Source: a virus | Lineage: Duplodnaviria; Caudoviricetes | IMG/VR virus record: IMGVR_UViG_3300033076_001194 | Location: 1-55,990 of that record | DNA: 55,990 nucleotides | Reading direction: 5' to 3' (one strand) | In this document: piece after piece, positions 48,816-55,845 of the stretch | How positions within the stretch are numbered: the first letter of the stretch is position 1 | How the letters are laid out: the number at the start of each line of letters is the position of its first letter | Made by a program: the position numbers and the translations under genes | Notes under the pieces: model-generated | Database searches by the model: none | The model's input: the letters and a program-made list of their open reading frames with translations, nothing else | What the model was told of the DNA's origin: nothing

Positions 48816-49222
48816 TATTTTTTACTTATTAAACCCATTATCTGGTTTAGATTTACTTCCCCTGGAGGTAATGAAGAGCCTTCTCCTGCTGTGTTAATAG
48901 TTGCAGGTGGTCTATATTCTTGTGTAGCTCCGAAAGACATAGCATCTGTTGATGATAGGTTTAAATTACCGTTTCTGGATTCCATCATACCATTAAGTAG
49001 AGATGCGTACTTCTCTCTAGCATTTATAGCAGGTGCAGCAGGTACTACTGGTGTAGTGTGCATTACTGTTTCTGTGATTGCTTGACTAGGTACACCATAA
49101 CCGCCTACCCCTATAGGTACTTTAGGAGAACGAACTGCTTCTAAAAGAACATCCTTCAATTCTTCTTGAATTGCTTCTTTTACAGTTTCTTTAATAATTT
49201 TTTTTAATGTCTTGATATCCAT
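48815..49222 (-). CDS. Hypothetical protein
   Basis: 135 aa; LKKIIKETVKEAIQEE N-terminal helix; TATTTATA 4 nt before ATG. Confidence 0.6.
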   Translation of the reverse strand: MDIKTLKKIIKETVKEAIQEELKDVLLEAVRSPKVPIGVGGYGVPSQAITETVMHTTPVVPAAPAINAREKYASLLNGMMESRNGNLNLSSTDAMSFGATQEYRPPATINTAGEGSSLPPGEVNLNQIMGLISKK

Positions 49223-49238
49223 TTTTTATAAATATTTC

Positions 49239-50186
49239 TTAGTTAGCTTTTAGATTATCTCTGTTTATTATTAGTTTTAACTCCTCAATAAGGGTTTGAG
49301 GGTTTTGAGTAAAGGATGGTTCTGTCTGTAGTAATATGATTCCTTGACTATTTTTTGCTACGGCATACTTTTGATTTACTGTTGGTGAGAATGGCTTCTC
49401 CAGTACCTCAAAGGTGAATCCTTGATAGGTAGATTGTATATTAGAGGTTTCAGCAAGTTTAACTACATCAAGTAGTGTATTAACATCATCTCCTAATTTC
49501 TCTGGTGTCTCACCGCATTTTTTTAATACTGAGTCTATCAAAGCTAGTAACGCTAGTATTGACTGTAATATTAGAGCTGCTCCTGCTACATAATCTGATC
49601 CTAGCTGTATTGCTCTTTTTATTTTAGGTAGTCTTGGATTTCCTTGAGTATCAAAGGTTAGTGTTGTTCGTATATCATCCAAGTCACTTATGACTGCAAC
49701 TGCTGCCCCAGGTACTGTAGGTATAAATTTATTCGCAAGGGATGTTGCGGTTTTTATAGTATTTAACGCTGCTAATGTATTTTCTGTTCCAGTTAGTATT
49801 GGAGATAATGCTCCTAGAGATAAGTTAATTACATTAATGTATTTTGCTGTTTTCTCGATATCAGACTTCAGTGCATTCCTAATTGCTAGAACTTCCTTTA
49901 ATGTAGACTGAGGTGGACATAAATTTGGGAGTTGTGGGTTCCCTGATTCTAGTCCGGTTATGCCTAACTTAGAAGCTTGGCTTAATAAAGATGTTACTGC
50001 TTTAGTTTTTAAGTCTTCAATTTTACTATTTATTGTTTGGTTGATTCTATCTAAAGGACCTGCTGCAACTGCTGCACCAAGAGCAACTCCGGCTGCAAGA
50101 GAGGCCTGCAGCGCAAGCTTACGCTTCTCCGCTGCTCTCTTATCAGCTTCCTGCTTTCTTTGTTTTTCTAATTCTTCTGGTGTCAT
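49239..50186 (-). CDS. Hypothetical helical protein with hydrophobic segments
   Basis: 315 aa downstream of the gp5-like gene; apolar helices (LAAGVALGAAVAAG; ALILQSILALLALI). Confidence 0.55.
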   Translation of the reverse strand: MTPEELEKQRKQEADKRAAEKRKLALQASLAAGVALGAAVAAGPLDRINQTINSKIEDLKTKAVTSLLSQASKLGITGLESGNPQLPNLCPPQSTLKEVLAIRNALKSDIEKTAKYINVINLSLGALSPILTGTENTLAALNTIKTATSLANKFIPTVPGAAVAVISDLDDIRTTLTFDTQGNPRLPKIKRAIQLGSDYVAGAALILQSILALLALIDSVLKKCGETPEKLGDDVNTLLDVVKLAETSNIQSTYQGFTFEVLEKPFSPTVNQKYAVAKNSQGIILLQTEPSFTQNPQTLIEELKLIINRDNLKAN

Positions 50187-51328
50187 TATACTGTGTAGTT
50201 GTATTTAGATTTAAAAATGCTAGTATCTATTGCAGTTAACCTATTAATCCAACCTGGTGCTTTTTGATTTAAAGTTGGAATTGGTCCACCAGAATTTGCT
50301 GCAGTAGCAGAGGCTATAGAGATTTCTCTTACAATGGAGATTAACTCTTTTACAACTGCTTCTAGAGCATCACCTAGAACTAAAGGCTCTGTTGCTGATT
50401 TTGAACCTAAGTAGATATTTTCCGTCTGAAGAATTGCTTGACTTGTATCGATATTTAACCCTCCGTTCGAACTTAAGCTTATGCTTTTTGCTGAGCTTAG
50501 TAGTAAATGATCTTCTGAAGAATTAAAGATCAACCTACCGGAGTTAATTAGAATTTGTTTTCCTGAGTATTGATCTGGTAAGGTTGGTGTATTTTCTTTA
50601 TAAGAAAAATAATTTACACTTGCTACCTGGAATGGGATCTTCTGAGTTGATGTTAAATAAATTGAAGAAGGGTCTTGATTTATATTTTCTTCTGTTGGTA
50701 GAAATCCTACTGATCCGGAATCTCCTTGTCCATTACGTAATATCAAAATAGGATCTCCAGAGTAACCTAATTCAGACCAGTTATTTAGAGGCTTATTATC
50801 TAGTTGTACGGTAGAGCCTAATCTAATAGAATTACCCAATCTACCTTCTAGTACTACATCACCTTCAAATTTTTTTACCGGTTTTATGTTTGATCTTTCT
50901 TTGAAAGTTTTCCCTAAATTAATATCTGAGCTTCCATCTTCTACTCTCCTTACTGCACCTGCTTGAGTTTGTACGTAGTCTCTCTTTTGAGAATCCGGTA
51001 GATTTTTATTTTCAAAAATATTAGGGATTCCGTTGTGGTGATTGCTATTCCAAATATTTAAAGGAGTTATGTAGTAGTATATTTCCTTAAAGTTATTCGT
51101 CTGTATATCTGGAGAAGGTAAAGTGAAGATGTAAATTAATTCTTCTTGAAGTGGGAAGTTGCTGAAATTCGAAAAGTAAGGTTTTGCAAAGCCTTCAGAT
51201 TTGTAGTTATTACCTTTTACCTTTTTAAAATAAACTGTACCAATACCGTTCCATTCCCCTACGTTAGAGAAATACTTACTTGTATCATTTAAGACCACAT
51301 CTTTAACTACTGCAACCTCAAAGTTCAT
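50186..51328 (-). CDS. Baseplate hub/spike protein, gp5-like (no lysozyme domain seen)
   Basis: OB-like N-terminus, EGDVVLEGRLGNSIRLGS, QILINSGRLIFNS beta-helix, IYLGS...EPLVLG; position before gp25/gp6. Confidence 0.65.
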   Translation of the reverse strand: MNFEVAVVKDVVLNDTSKYFSNVGEWNGIGTVYFKKVKGNNYKSEGFAKPYFSNFSNFPLQEELIYIFTLPSPDIQTNNFKEIYYYITPLNIWNSNHHNGIPNIFENKNLPDSQKRDYVQTQAGAVRRVEDGSSDINLGKTFKERSNIKPVKKFEGDVVLEGRLGNSIRLGSTVQLDNKPLNNWSELGYSGDPILILRNGQGDSGSVGFLPTEENINQDPSSIYLTSTQKIPFQVASVNYFSYKENTPTLPDQYSGKQILINSGRLIFNSSEDHLLLSSAKSISLSSNGGLNIDTSQAILQTENIYLGSKSATEPLVLGDALEAVVKELISIVREISIASATAANSGGPIPTLNQKAPGWINRLTAIDTSIFKSKYNYTV

Positions 51329-51663
51329 TATTCAAGCGATTTAATTTTATTAACCTCGTTTAGAAGTTGTTGTTTTTCTTCTTCGGAAATACTAAAAGAA
51401 TCAGAAGCAGTTTCCTGGTTCTGGAATATACGCTGGAGTATTGTTGCGATCTTAATTAATTGTTCGTCGTTCTTAACTCCTATTTCTAAATACTCCTTAA
51501 TTAAAGGTACAATCAAAGTAGCATCCCCTGTATCTTCTATTAGGGGTCTTAATTCAGAGATAAGAGTAGAGATCTGCTTTTCCTTCTTTTTTTGATTATC
51601 ATAAATCTCTTCTAGAAGGTCTGAGAATTTTTTATTTTTAAAGATTAACTTATCTAAACTCAT
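51328..51663 (-). CDS. Small helical late protein (possible terminase small subunit)
   Basis: 111-aa helical hairpin-like protein with own late motif; function speculative. Confidence 0.45.
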   Translation of the reverse strand: MSLDKLIFKNKKFSDLLEEIYDNQKKKEKQISTLISELRPLIEDTGDATLIVPLIKEYLEIGVKNDEQLIKIATILQRIFQNQETASDSFSISEEEKQQLLNEVNKIKSLE

Positions 51664-51700
51664 AATAGGTCTATTTTTTATAAATAGAAAGCGGTACGGT

Positions 51701-52432
51701 TTAGAAATTAGCGTATCCGTTCTCCAGGAAGTATATGTAATGTTTTTTATAGAGCTCCCCTAATTCATTAGCGATTCTAGTTATTCTAGGGGTCTTAACA
51801 TCTATTTGCTCTCTTATATAGATGTATAGTGCTTTTTTATTAAAGATAGAGATTTTCTCTTTCTTTCTAAAAATATCCAAGATAGCATCTGCAATTTTAG
51901 CATCTTCAGTCTTAGGGAATAATTGATAGATGTTCTCTGTACAATATTCAACAAATTGATCTAGAAATTCTGAGATCTCATCTACCGGGTGTATTACCTG
52001 GCTGTCTGTTTGAACTCCATTAATATCTAACACATCTCCATAAACATACTCGCCATCTTCCTGCTCAATATTTAAATTATCAAGAGAAAGTAGTTCCATT
52101 CTCTTTTTGTAATTCTTCTGGTTTGAAGCTATTAAGTATCTCTTTGCTATTGTTCCGAAATATGAATAAGCTTTAGCTCCGTTTGCCGGGTTAAACTTAT
52201 CAAGTTTGGTTAATAGAAAAGTAATTACTTCGTGCTGTAGATCCTCTAAATTGGTTTCCTCAGTGTAGTAAAACTTGAAAGTATGAATTAAGTTCTGGGT
52301 TAGTTTGAAAAGAGCGTAGTGTATCTCTTCTCTGTATAGCTTGTTTCTTTCTACTTGATCTTCAGATTGAGTATATTTGATTATTGCTAACTCAGTATCG
52401 TGAGTGAAGTAGTTTTTATTTTTCGTCTCCAT
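51701..52432 (-). CDS. gp55: Late-transcription sigma factor, gp55-like
   Basis: KNYFT, EDLQHE...KLDKFNPANGAKAYSYFGTIAKRYL sigma region-2 signature. Confidence 0.8.
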   Translation of the reverse strand: METKNKNYFTHDTELAIIKYTQSEDQVERNKLYREEIHYALFKLTQNLIHTFKFYYTEETNLEDLQHEVITFLLTKLDKFNPANGAKAYSYFGTIAKRYLIASNQKNYKKRMELLSLDNLNIEQEDGEYVYGDVLDINGVQTDSQVIHPVDEISEFLDQFVEYCTENIYQLFPKTEDAKIADAILDIFRKKEKISIFNKKALYIYIREQIDVKTPRITRIANELGELYKKHYIYFLENGYANF

Positions 52433-52700
52433 TGATTATTTTAAAGTTATTTAAACGTTCTTGAATAACCTTAATTTCTTCAAAAAACCATCCAATCTCA
52501 TCATCACTCTTAAAAGTTTCTTTAGCGTCAATTTTTTTCAAACGTGCATCACTATGTTCTATAATTTTAGAAAGTTGATCTAAGTACTGTAAGTATTGCA
52601 CCAGTACATCTTCTTGCTTCTCGTTTTTACGGAGAAGGTTGTAAGTAGTGTAACTTAAAACTAATATTAGGATGATGAGAGAGGTGATTAACATTGCCAT
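52416..52700 (-). CDS. Small membrane protein
   Basis: N-terminal transmembrane helix, coiled coil, FKSDDEIGWFF motif. Confidence 0.6.
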   Translation of the reverse strand: MAMLITSLIILILVLSYTTYNLLRKNEKQEDVLVQYLQYLDQLSKIIEHSDARLKKIDAKETFKSDDEIGWFFEEIKVIQERLNNFKIINGDEK

Positions 52701-52702
52701 AA

Positions 52703-53488
52703 TTAATTAAAAATAGAATCCATTGCATCTTTCAAGCCATCACTTCCGATATTGGAAAGTGCTTTATTCTTAGCTGCTTGCTGGTGTGTATTTGGATTTT
52801 TAGCTGTTGTTTCTTTTGAAAGTCCGAATTGTTTTGACTTAGGTTGTTCCACTGGATTAACTGTCATTTCAACTACTGAAGCCATTAAGTCTGCCTGGTG
52901 TAAAATATAAACAATTGCTGATTTAGGTTTACTTTCTGGCATTCTTGAGATTAAGTAAGGTTTATTACAATCATCATAAAGACCGTCATGAGTTCTGATA
53001 GCAATCATTTCATTTAAAGAATACTTGATACCTGCATCCTGAAGTAGAAATAAAGAACGGTCTGGGATGGTCATGAAACCTACTGCTGTATTGTAAGTAT
53101 AAACTTCACCTAGATTTTTTCTCCTCCATTCATCTTGACCTGGAATATATAAATCATTTTCAGAATCTCCTACCTTACCTAAATCATGGTTCATAGCTGC
53201 AAAGACTAATTCTTCAATAGTGAAGGTAGACATATCACAACCAAATTTTTCCCAGAGTTTTGCAAAATGTAAAGATGCTTTAATAACACGATTGACATGC
53301 TCAATATAACCACCAGGGAAACAGTTATGGTATTTAGTAGTATGAGCAGCAGGCATTAAGATGAAACGTTCTGCTCTTTCTTCATAGAAAGATCTCAATG
53401 CTTCTTTTCTAGGAGAAGAGATGTAACGGTCAATATAACCTAAAAACTCCTCCCAATTACCTTGAATTTGTTCTGCCGATAAGTTCAT
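52703..53488 (-). CDS. HD-domain phosphohydrolase (YhaM-like)
   Basis: PAA...YHNCFPGGYIEHV, NHDLGKVG, IRTHDG, LHQAD. Confidence 0.88.
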   Translation of the reverse strand: MNLSAEQIQGNWEEFLGYIDRYISSPRKEALRSFYEERAERFILMPAAHTTKYHNCFPGGYIEHVNRVIKASLHFAKLWEKFGCDMSTFTIEELVFAAMNHDLGKVGDSENDLYIPGQDEWRRKNLGEVYTYNTAVGFMTIPDRSLFLLQDAGIKYSLNEMIAIRTHDGLYDDCNKPYLISRMPESKPKSAIVYILHQADLMASVVEMTVNPVEQPKSKQFGLSKETTAKNPNTHQQAAKNKALSNIGSDGLKDAMDSIFN

Positions 53489-53490
53489 AA

Positions 53491-53685
53491 TTAAGCCGAA
53501 ATTTCGTCGTTAGTGATTGGTTCAATACTAATAAGACTCTTTACATCTTCAAGTACTAATTTAGTTCTTTCTAAAGTTTCTAAATATTCTTTGATAGGTT
53601 GTTGTCTTTGAACAATTTGTTCTAAAGATCTTAAGTTATTTTCTAAAATATCTAACTTAATGTTTACTTGATTTCTATATCTCAT
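53491..53685 (-). CDS. Small hypothetical protein
   Basis: 64 aa helical; host-type promoter directly upstream. Confidence 0.55.
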   Translation of the reverse strand: MRYRNQVNIKLDILENNLRSLEQIVQRQQPIKEYLETLERTKLVLEDVKSLISIEPITNDEISA

Positions 53686-53689
53686 ACTA

Positions 53690-53720
53690 CTAATATAATA
53701 ACTATTCTTTAAATAACCAA
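53690..53720 (-). promoter_or_regulatory. Bacteroidota-type promoter for the HD hydrolase/sigma operon
   Basis: TTG-N20-TATATTAG, 4 nt before ATG at 53685. Confidence 0.6.
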
Positions 53721-53785
53721 CTTATTATACTACCCCTCTTGATCTTTTTTCCAACCCCCTACGTAGGTAAGGTAGTATCAAAAAA

Positions 53786-54226
53786 CTACAAAGGCAACTT
53801 ATTTTGAGAAAAGTTTATGAAATCTACGAATTTTTTTATAAATGCACATTTTTCATATTCCTCCATTTCTGAAAAGTGCTGAATGCTTTTTCTACATGCA
53901 AGTAAAAAATCATCCCCTGCTTTCTCTAAGAGAACTTCTTGATGAAGAGGATCCTCTAAAGATAATCTATTTAAATAAGTAAAGCCACTTAAGTAAACCA
54001 TATAAGTGTTAAATTCCCTAGCACTATCTAAATCCATTTCAGGGTTAATAAGTTTTAAAAAACTCATAGAATTATCTACTGCCGACTCCCCTCTCAGTAT
54101 CACCCTAGTAAATAACCCTAAAGAAACATAAGGATGTTTAGAAAGATCTTTAATTTCTTTCTCAGGTAATTTTTCTTGGTTCTCCGGTTCAGAATCAAAG
54201 AGACTAAATATACTATTCGGATCCAT
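53786..54226 (-). CDS. Hypothetical protein with C-terminal UVR-like motif
   Basis: FSEMEEYEKCAFIK matches the E-x-Y-E-x-A/C-x2-I UVR pattern. Confidence 0.6.
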   Translation of the reverse strand: MDPNSIFSLFDSEPENQEKLPEKEIKDLSKHPYVSLGLFTRVILRGESAVDNSMSFLKLINPEMDLDSAREFNTYMVYLSGFTYLNRLSLEDPLHQEVLLEKAGDDFLLACRKSIQHFSEMEEYEKCAFIKKFVDFINFSQNKLPL

Positions 54227-54250
54227 ATTATAATATCATATAACCTATAT

Positions 54251-54278
54251 AAAAAAGGGATACCCTAAGATATCCCTT
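54251..54278 (-). terminator. Rho-independent terminator
   Basis: Minus strand AAGGGATATC-TTAG-GGTATCCCTT followed by TTTT. Confidence 0.8.
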
Positions 54279-54300
54279 CTAGTTTGCATTGGGGGTATGC

Positions 54301-54831
54301 TTATCCTTGTTTTAGGATAATATTTTTATTGAAATAAGTAATTGTATTCGCAATTTGACGGATCAATTTTTCATCACCTAATTCTTTTGCTGCACGGTAA
54401 GCATCTGTTAACTCACTGAATGCTTTCTTAGATTCTGAAGATCCTGCATCAATATCACCAGTAGTATCCATATCCATATCAACCTGAGTATCTTCTCCAG
54501 TATCCGTAGTATCTAAATCTAGATCAAGATTATCAACATCACCCTCAACATCAGATTCAATATCGACATCTTCTTCCTCCTCTTTTTTCTTTTTAGCTTC
54601 ATCTAGGCTATCTACTTCATCATAAGCATTGATACCAGCAGTAGTTTCAAGTTCCGCAAGGATAGCTTCTTTCATTTTCTTCTTAGCTTCCTCTTTAGAC
54701 ATCTTACCAGAAATCCCTTCCTTAGTTACTACATCCTGTACCATACCTTCAGAAAAATCATGATCAGTTCCTTGATATCCTTCGGTAATAATACCGGCAA
54801 GTTTCTGCATTCTTGTAAATTGTTTATTCAT
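54301..54831 (-). CDS. Acidic putative head-internal protein
   Basis: 176 aa; leader MNKQFTRMQKLAGIITE; late motif upstream. Confidence 0.55.
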   Translation of the reverse strand: MNKQFTRMQKLAGIITEGYQGTDHDFSEGMVQDVVTKEGISGKMSKEEAKKKMKEAILAELETTAGINAYDEVDSLDEAKKKKEEEEDVDIESDVEGDVDNLDLDLDTTDTGEDTQVDMDMDTTGDIDAGSSESKKAFSELTDAYRAAKELGDEKLIRQIANTITYFNKNIILKQG

Positions 54832-54867
54832 TTTTAAAAAGCGCTTTATTAATAAATAGTAGATTCT

Positions 54868-55098
54868 CTAAGAAAGTTCCTTTAGAGATAATAAAGTTGC
54901 TCTTGAAACTTCCGGAATACCGTGTAGATTAACTGCACCGCATTTAACAAACATTGAACCTTTGCTAACCATGAATGCTGAAATAGGACCGTGAGGTGTA
55001 GGATCTCCTATATAAAATTTTTTATCATCTGATAATCTCCAAACCCCGCCGATTCTCTTATCTGGGTCTAAAGCAATTATTCTCCATGAATTATTCAT
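54868..55098 (-). CDS. Small hypothetical early protein
   Basis: 76 aa; host-type promoter 4 nt before ATG. Confidence 0.55.
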   Translation of the reverse strand: MNNSWRIIALDPDKRIGGVWRLSDDKKFYIGDPTPHGPISAFMVSKGSMFVKCGAVNLHGIPEVSRATLLSLKELS

Positions 55099-55102
55099 GA
55101 GC

Positions 55103-55133
55103 TAAAGATACGAACTAAAATTAAGAAAGGCAA
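55103..55133 (-). promoter_or_regulatory. Bacteroidota-type -33/-7 promoter
   Basis: TTG-N20-TATCTTTA, 4 nt before ATG at 55098. Confidence 0.7.
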
Positions 55134-55147
55134 GGATTAACCCTGCC
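55123..55147 (-). terminator. Probable terminator overlapping a stop codon and the next promoter
   Basis: Minus strand GGCAGGG-TTAAT-CCTTGCC followed by TTTCTT. Confidence 0.55.
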
Positions 55148-55289
55148 CTCTAGACACCTTAGTATAATTTTTAGAATTTTTATTCTTAGACATTTTAGTC
55201 TTGGCATGAATGCCTTTTCTCGAAACCTTCGGTTTTGCAAGTCTTACAATAACGGAGGCGGTTTTAGTTTTTCCTTTAGATGGTGCCAT
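55137..55289 (-). CDS. Small highly basic protein (50 aa, not in the ORF track)
   Basis: MAPSKGKTKTASVIVRLAKPKVSRKGIHAKTKMSKNKNSKNYTKVSRGQG*; late motif 7 nt upstream, hairpin at stop. Confidence 0.75.
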   Translation of the reverse strand: MAPSKGKTKTASVIVRLAKPKVSRKGIHAKTKMSKNKNSKNYTKVSRGQG

Positions 55290-55304
55290 AGTTACTGATA
55301 AATA

Positions 55305-55631
55305 TTACGAAGTGCCTTTAATACGTAGCTGTGAACCAGTAATAGGAACTGCAGTAACAAAAGTAATAGTTCCACCACCCGGTGCAACAACTGCAGACAT
55401 TTTATAATTGTCATTAACCAAGTTAATAATGCCGGCTGAGTAAGTAAAGGAACCTGAGATAGAAGGAGTAGAGCCGGAATAATACCAACCGAAAGGAGGT
55501 ACTGTTTCCAAGGAGTAGTAAGATGCTCCTGCTAGAGAGTTTGTAACAGCAAAAGTGGTACTATCACCAATATTTAAATTGGTAGGAAAAAAAGAACTAG
55601 AGTCTGTTACATTTACCGAATAGGTAGCCAT
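55305..55631 (-). CDS. Small beta-rich putative virion protein
   Basis: 108 aa, S/T-rich, three SGS/TGS motifs, TATTTATA 4 nt before ATG. Confidence 0.6.
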   Translation of the reverse strand: MATYSVNVTDSSSFFPTNLNIGDSTTFAVTNSLAGASYYSLETVPPFGWYYSGSTPSISGSFTYSAGIINLVNDNYKMSAVVAPGGGTITFVTAVPITGSQLRIKGTS

Positions 55632-55648
55632 ATATTATAAATAGACAT

Positions 55649-55683
55649 AAAAAAAGGACCTACCAAGTGAATGATAGATCCTT
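55649..55683 (-). terminator. Terminator after the tRNA cluster
   Basis: Minus strand AAGGATCTATCA-TTCACT-TGGTAGGTCCTT followed by TTTTT. Confidence 0.75.
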
Positions 55684-55699
55684 ATAAAAACTATGATTG

Positions 55700-55773
55700 T
55701 GGGCCATACTGGACTCGAACCAGTGACCTTCGCTTTATGAGAGCGCTGCTCTAACCAACTGAGCTAAAGGCCC
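55700..55773 (-). tRNA. tRNA with CAU anticodon, most likely tRNA-Ile2 (alternatively elongator Met)
   Basis: GGGCCTTTAGCTCAGTTGGTTAGAGCAGCGCTCTCATAAAGCGAAGGTCACTGGTTCGAGTCCAGTATGGCCCA; cloverleaf, C4-G69 and C5-G68 pairs; CCA not encoded. Confidence 0.9.
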
Positions 55774-55845
55774 AAAAGTCCCCTGTGGTGGTCATCCACT
55801 TCATTTGCCTGGGGTAAAGAGGCTAGCTAACGACTAATTAGCGCG

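Noticed and set aside
53758-53767. 10-bp palindrome CCTACGTAGG in an intergenic region
   Set aside because: Single occurrence; palindromes of this length are expected by chance in 56 kb.
2194-55407. All plus-strand ORFs in the track (e.g. 2194-2667, 12090-12467, 16943-17320, 35470-35937, 55210-55407)
   Set aside because: Antisense shadows of well-supported minus-strand genes; low-complexity translations with no motifs, promoters or operon context.
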